DNA of 63,506 nucleotides, the filler included, from Octopus bimaculoides (Eukaryota), in the NCBI RefSeq assembly GCF_001194135.2. It is 4 parts of 4 records of this genome, joined end to end, with 100 filler letters (N's around TTAATTAATTAA, not from the genome) between each part and the next. Parts side by side here need not be neighbours in the genome. Positions count along the whole stretch, not along the records: positions 61,725 to 63,506 come from NC_068987.1; 3 more parts are not named here. One strand, written 5' to 3'. Shown here one piece after another: positions 61,860 through 63,506 of the stretch (its first letter is position 1; each line of letters begins with the position of its first letter). A model generated the notes under the pieces. That model was not told the origin of the DNA. It did no database searches and saw only the letters and a list, made by a program, of their open reading frames with translations. The translations under genes were made by a program, and so were the position numbers.

Positions 61860-63500
61860 TAAAGTGACGGCGGGTGCTAGTCAGCACCAGTATTGCTAGA
61901 AATAAGAGTCAAAACCTCTCTTAGCCACTTAGAATCGTATTGCATATGTATATATGTATATGTTTTTTCTTGGTAAGTCTGTGGGTTTATGCTCGAGTGT
62001 GGGGATATTGTATTTGTGTGTGTGTATATGTATGTGTGTGTGTTTGTGTAGGAGGTTCGCATTGTATTTGTGTGTGTGTTTTTGTACATCTGGTTTTGGA
62101 CATATGTGTTTCTGTGTGTGTTTGTTGTAGGTGTACACCTGGGAGGTATGTTAGAGTATACTGACTTGTAGTCTGTATTTTTGAATAAGATTATTTTCCC
62201 TCTTTATTCGTATTTGGTCAGTGGTGTTGTCTGGGCATTGGTATAGTGGGAAAACTAGGAATTTGGAGGACTTGTTTTGTTCACAGATATCTAAGTGACC
62301 ACTAAGTGGTATCTGCATTGTGGTGTGGTCCCTCAATTGTTGGCGGTTGACTGTCATCCTCTCTCTGAGGGTAAGACTCGTTTGCCCTATGAAGTCTTTG
62401 TGGCACCCTTCACACCTAATGGCATAAAGTAAATTCTTTGATGTGCAGGTGAAGTTATTTTTTACTACAAAAGTGTGTCCCGGCTGGAATTTGTATGTTG
62501 TTCCTTCAATAAGGTGAATGCAAGTCCTGCAGTTAGAACGAGCACATTTTTGACGGTGGGTGGTGGACTTCTGTTGGGTAATTTTACATTGGTGAGTAGT
62601 TTTTTTAGGGATTTGCGTTGTCCCTGGCTTTTTATTATTTTATGTGTTTCGAGTGCTTTTTTTAGACGTGGGCCTTGACTCAGTAGTGGAATAGTCTTGT
62701 ATATAATTGTGTAAACTTCTGCATTTCTTGGATCGTGTGTTGAGAGATACGGGAGAATATTTAGTGTACCTTGAGTGTGTTTCAGTTTTCCTAAGTCTTG
62801 GCCCGCTCTATTCCATTGTCAACTAATAACGTCTGGTAATGTCTTTCGAGAAGAATTGCCTTTAATTCTTGGAACCTTTTATTTCGCGTTCTATAATTTG
62901 AGACAATTGCAGAGATTCTTCTCGCTAGGTTGAAGGGGATGTTTGTCTTCGTGTGCTTTGAGTGATTGGAGGTGAATAGGAGGTATTGTTTGGAATCAGT
63001 TGGTTTGTTGTGGAAATCACTCGAAACCCATAAATGTTGGTACCTTGTTTATAATAAGAATGCCAAGAAAAGGAAGTTGGTCTTGACTATATTCCATTGT
63101 AAATTGGATATGGTTGTTGAGACTGTTGATTAAATTTTTGAAATCATTGAGTTGGTCGAGTGTGTGGGACCATAGGATGAGGCAGTCATCCAAGTAGCGC
63201 TTCCAATTCTCCAAAAGGTATTTGTGGAAAGACAGGCCGTATTTTGATTTGGATTCCTCATAAATTTGTAATTCTAGGTAGGCTATCACCAAGTTCGCAT
63301 AAGTTGGGGGCAACTTTGGAACCCATTAGAGTCCCCGATACCTGTCTGTAGGTATTATTATTAAAATTTTAAAAAGTTGTTTTGAAGTATAAACTTAAGG
63401 CTCTCGATGATAAACTCTTTTTATTCTTTCCGGGACTTCATTGGGGTATTTTTCTAGCCAAAATTTAATGGCTTCCAGTCCATATTGATGTGGGATACAT
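61860..63500 (-). mobile_element. Penelope-like element, 3' portion: RT motifs 4-7, thumb, GIY-YIG, 3' tail; decayed
   Basis: GTLMGSKVAPTYANLVIAYLE...WKRYLDDCLILW...FTMEYSQDQLPFL. The C-terminus FIGQTSLTLRERMTVNRQQLRD...HLDIC...RIKRENNLIQKY is GIY-YIG type. Confidence 0.9.
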
Positions 63501-63506
63501 ATATAT

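Overview
AT-rich, microsatellite-dense animal genomic DNA. The SINE and repeat content suggests an octopus (inferred from recalled repeat families, not searched). It has many N gaps and three 100-bp scaffold-join spacers (44N-TTAATTAATTAA-44N). Two + strand intron-exon gene fragments can be read directly. Gene 1 has six phase-compatible exons (2439-18493) encoding one half, two complete and one half SRCR domains, and its next exon is not found after the join at 21301. Gene 2 is a type II membrane protein: a 9-nt first coding exon (ATG GCT GAG, 25862), a cytoplasmic-tail/TM exon (30930-31200) and two duplicated candidate 15-nt microexons (45585, 46427). The rest is mostly mobile DNA: six Penelope-like (PLE) fragments, a Tx1/L1-type element that kept a decayed ORF1 but lost almost all of ORF2, R4/Dong and RTE LINE fragments, mariner/hAT MITEs and many tRNA-derived SINEs. 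The strongest unannotated signal is a set of type I hammerhead ribozyme (HHR) motifs: well formed at 4617(-), 45928(+) and 61348(+), imperfect at 37813(+), 47060(-) and 47373(+). One intact sense-strand HHR sits between the two duplicated microexons, inside an element flanked by a ~290-bp direct duplication. Exon and ribozyme coordinates were counted base by base. Repeat boundaries are approximate. No database searches were run.
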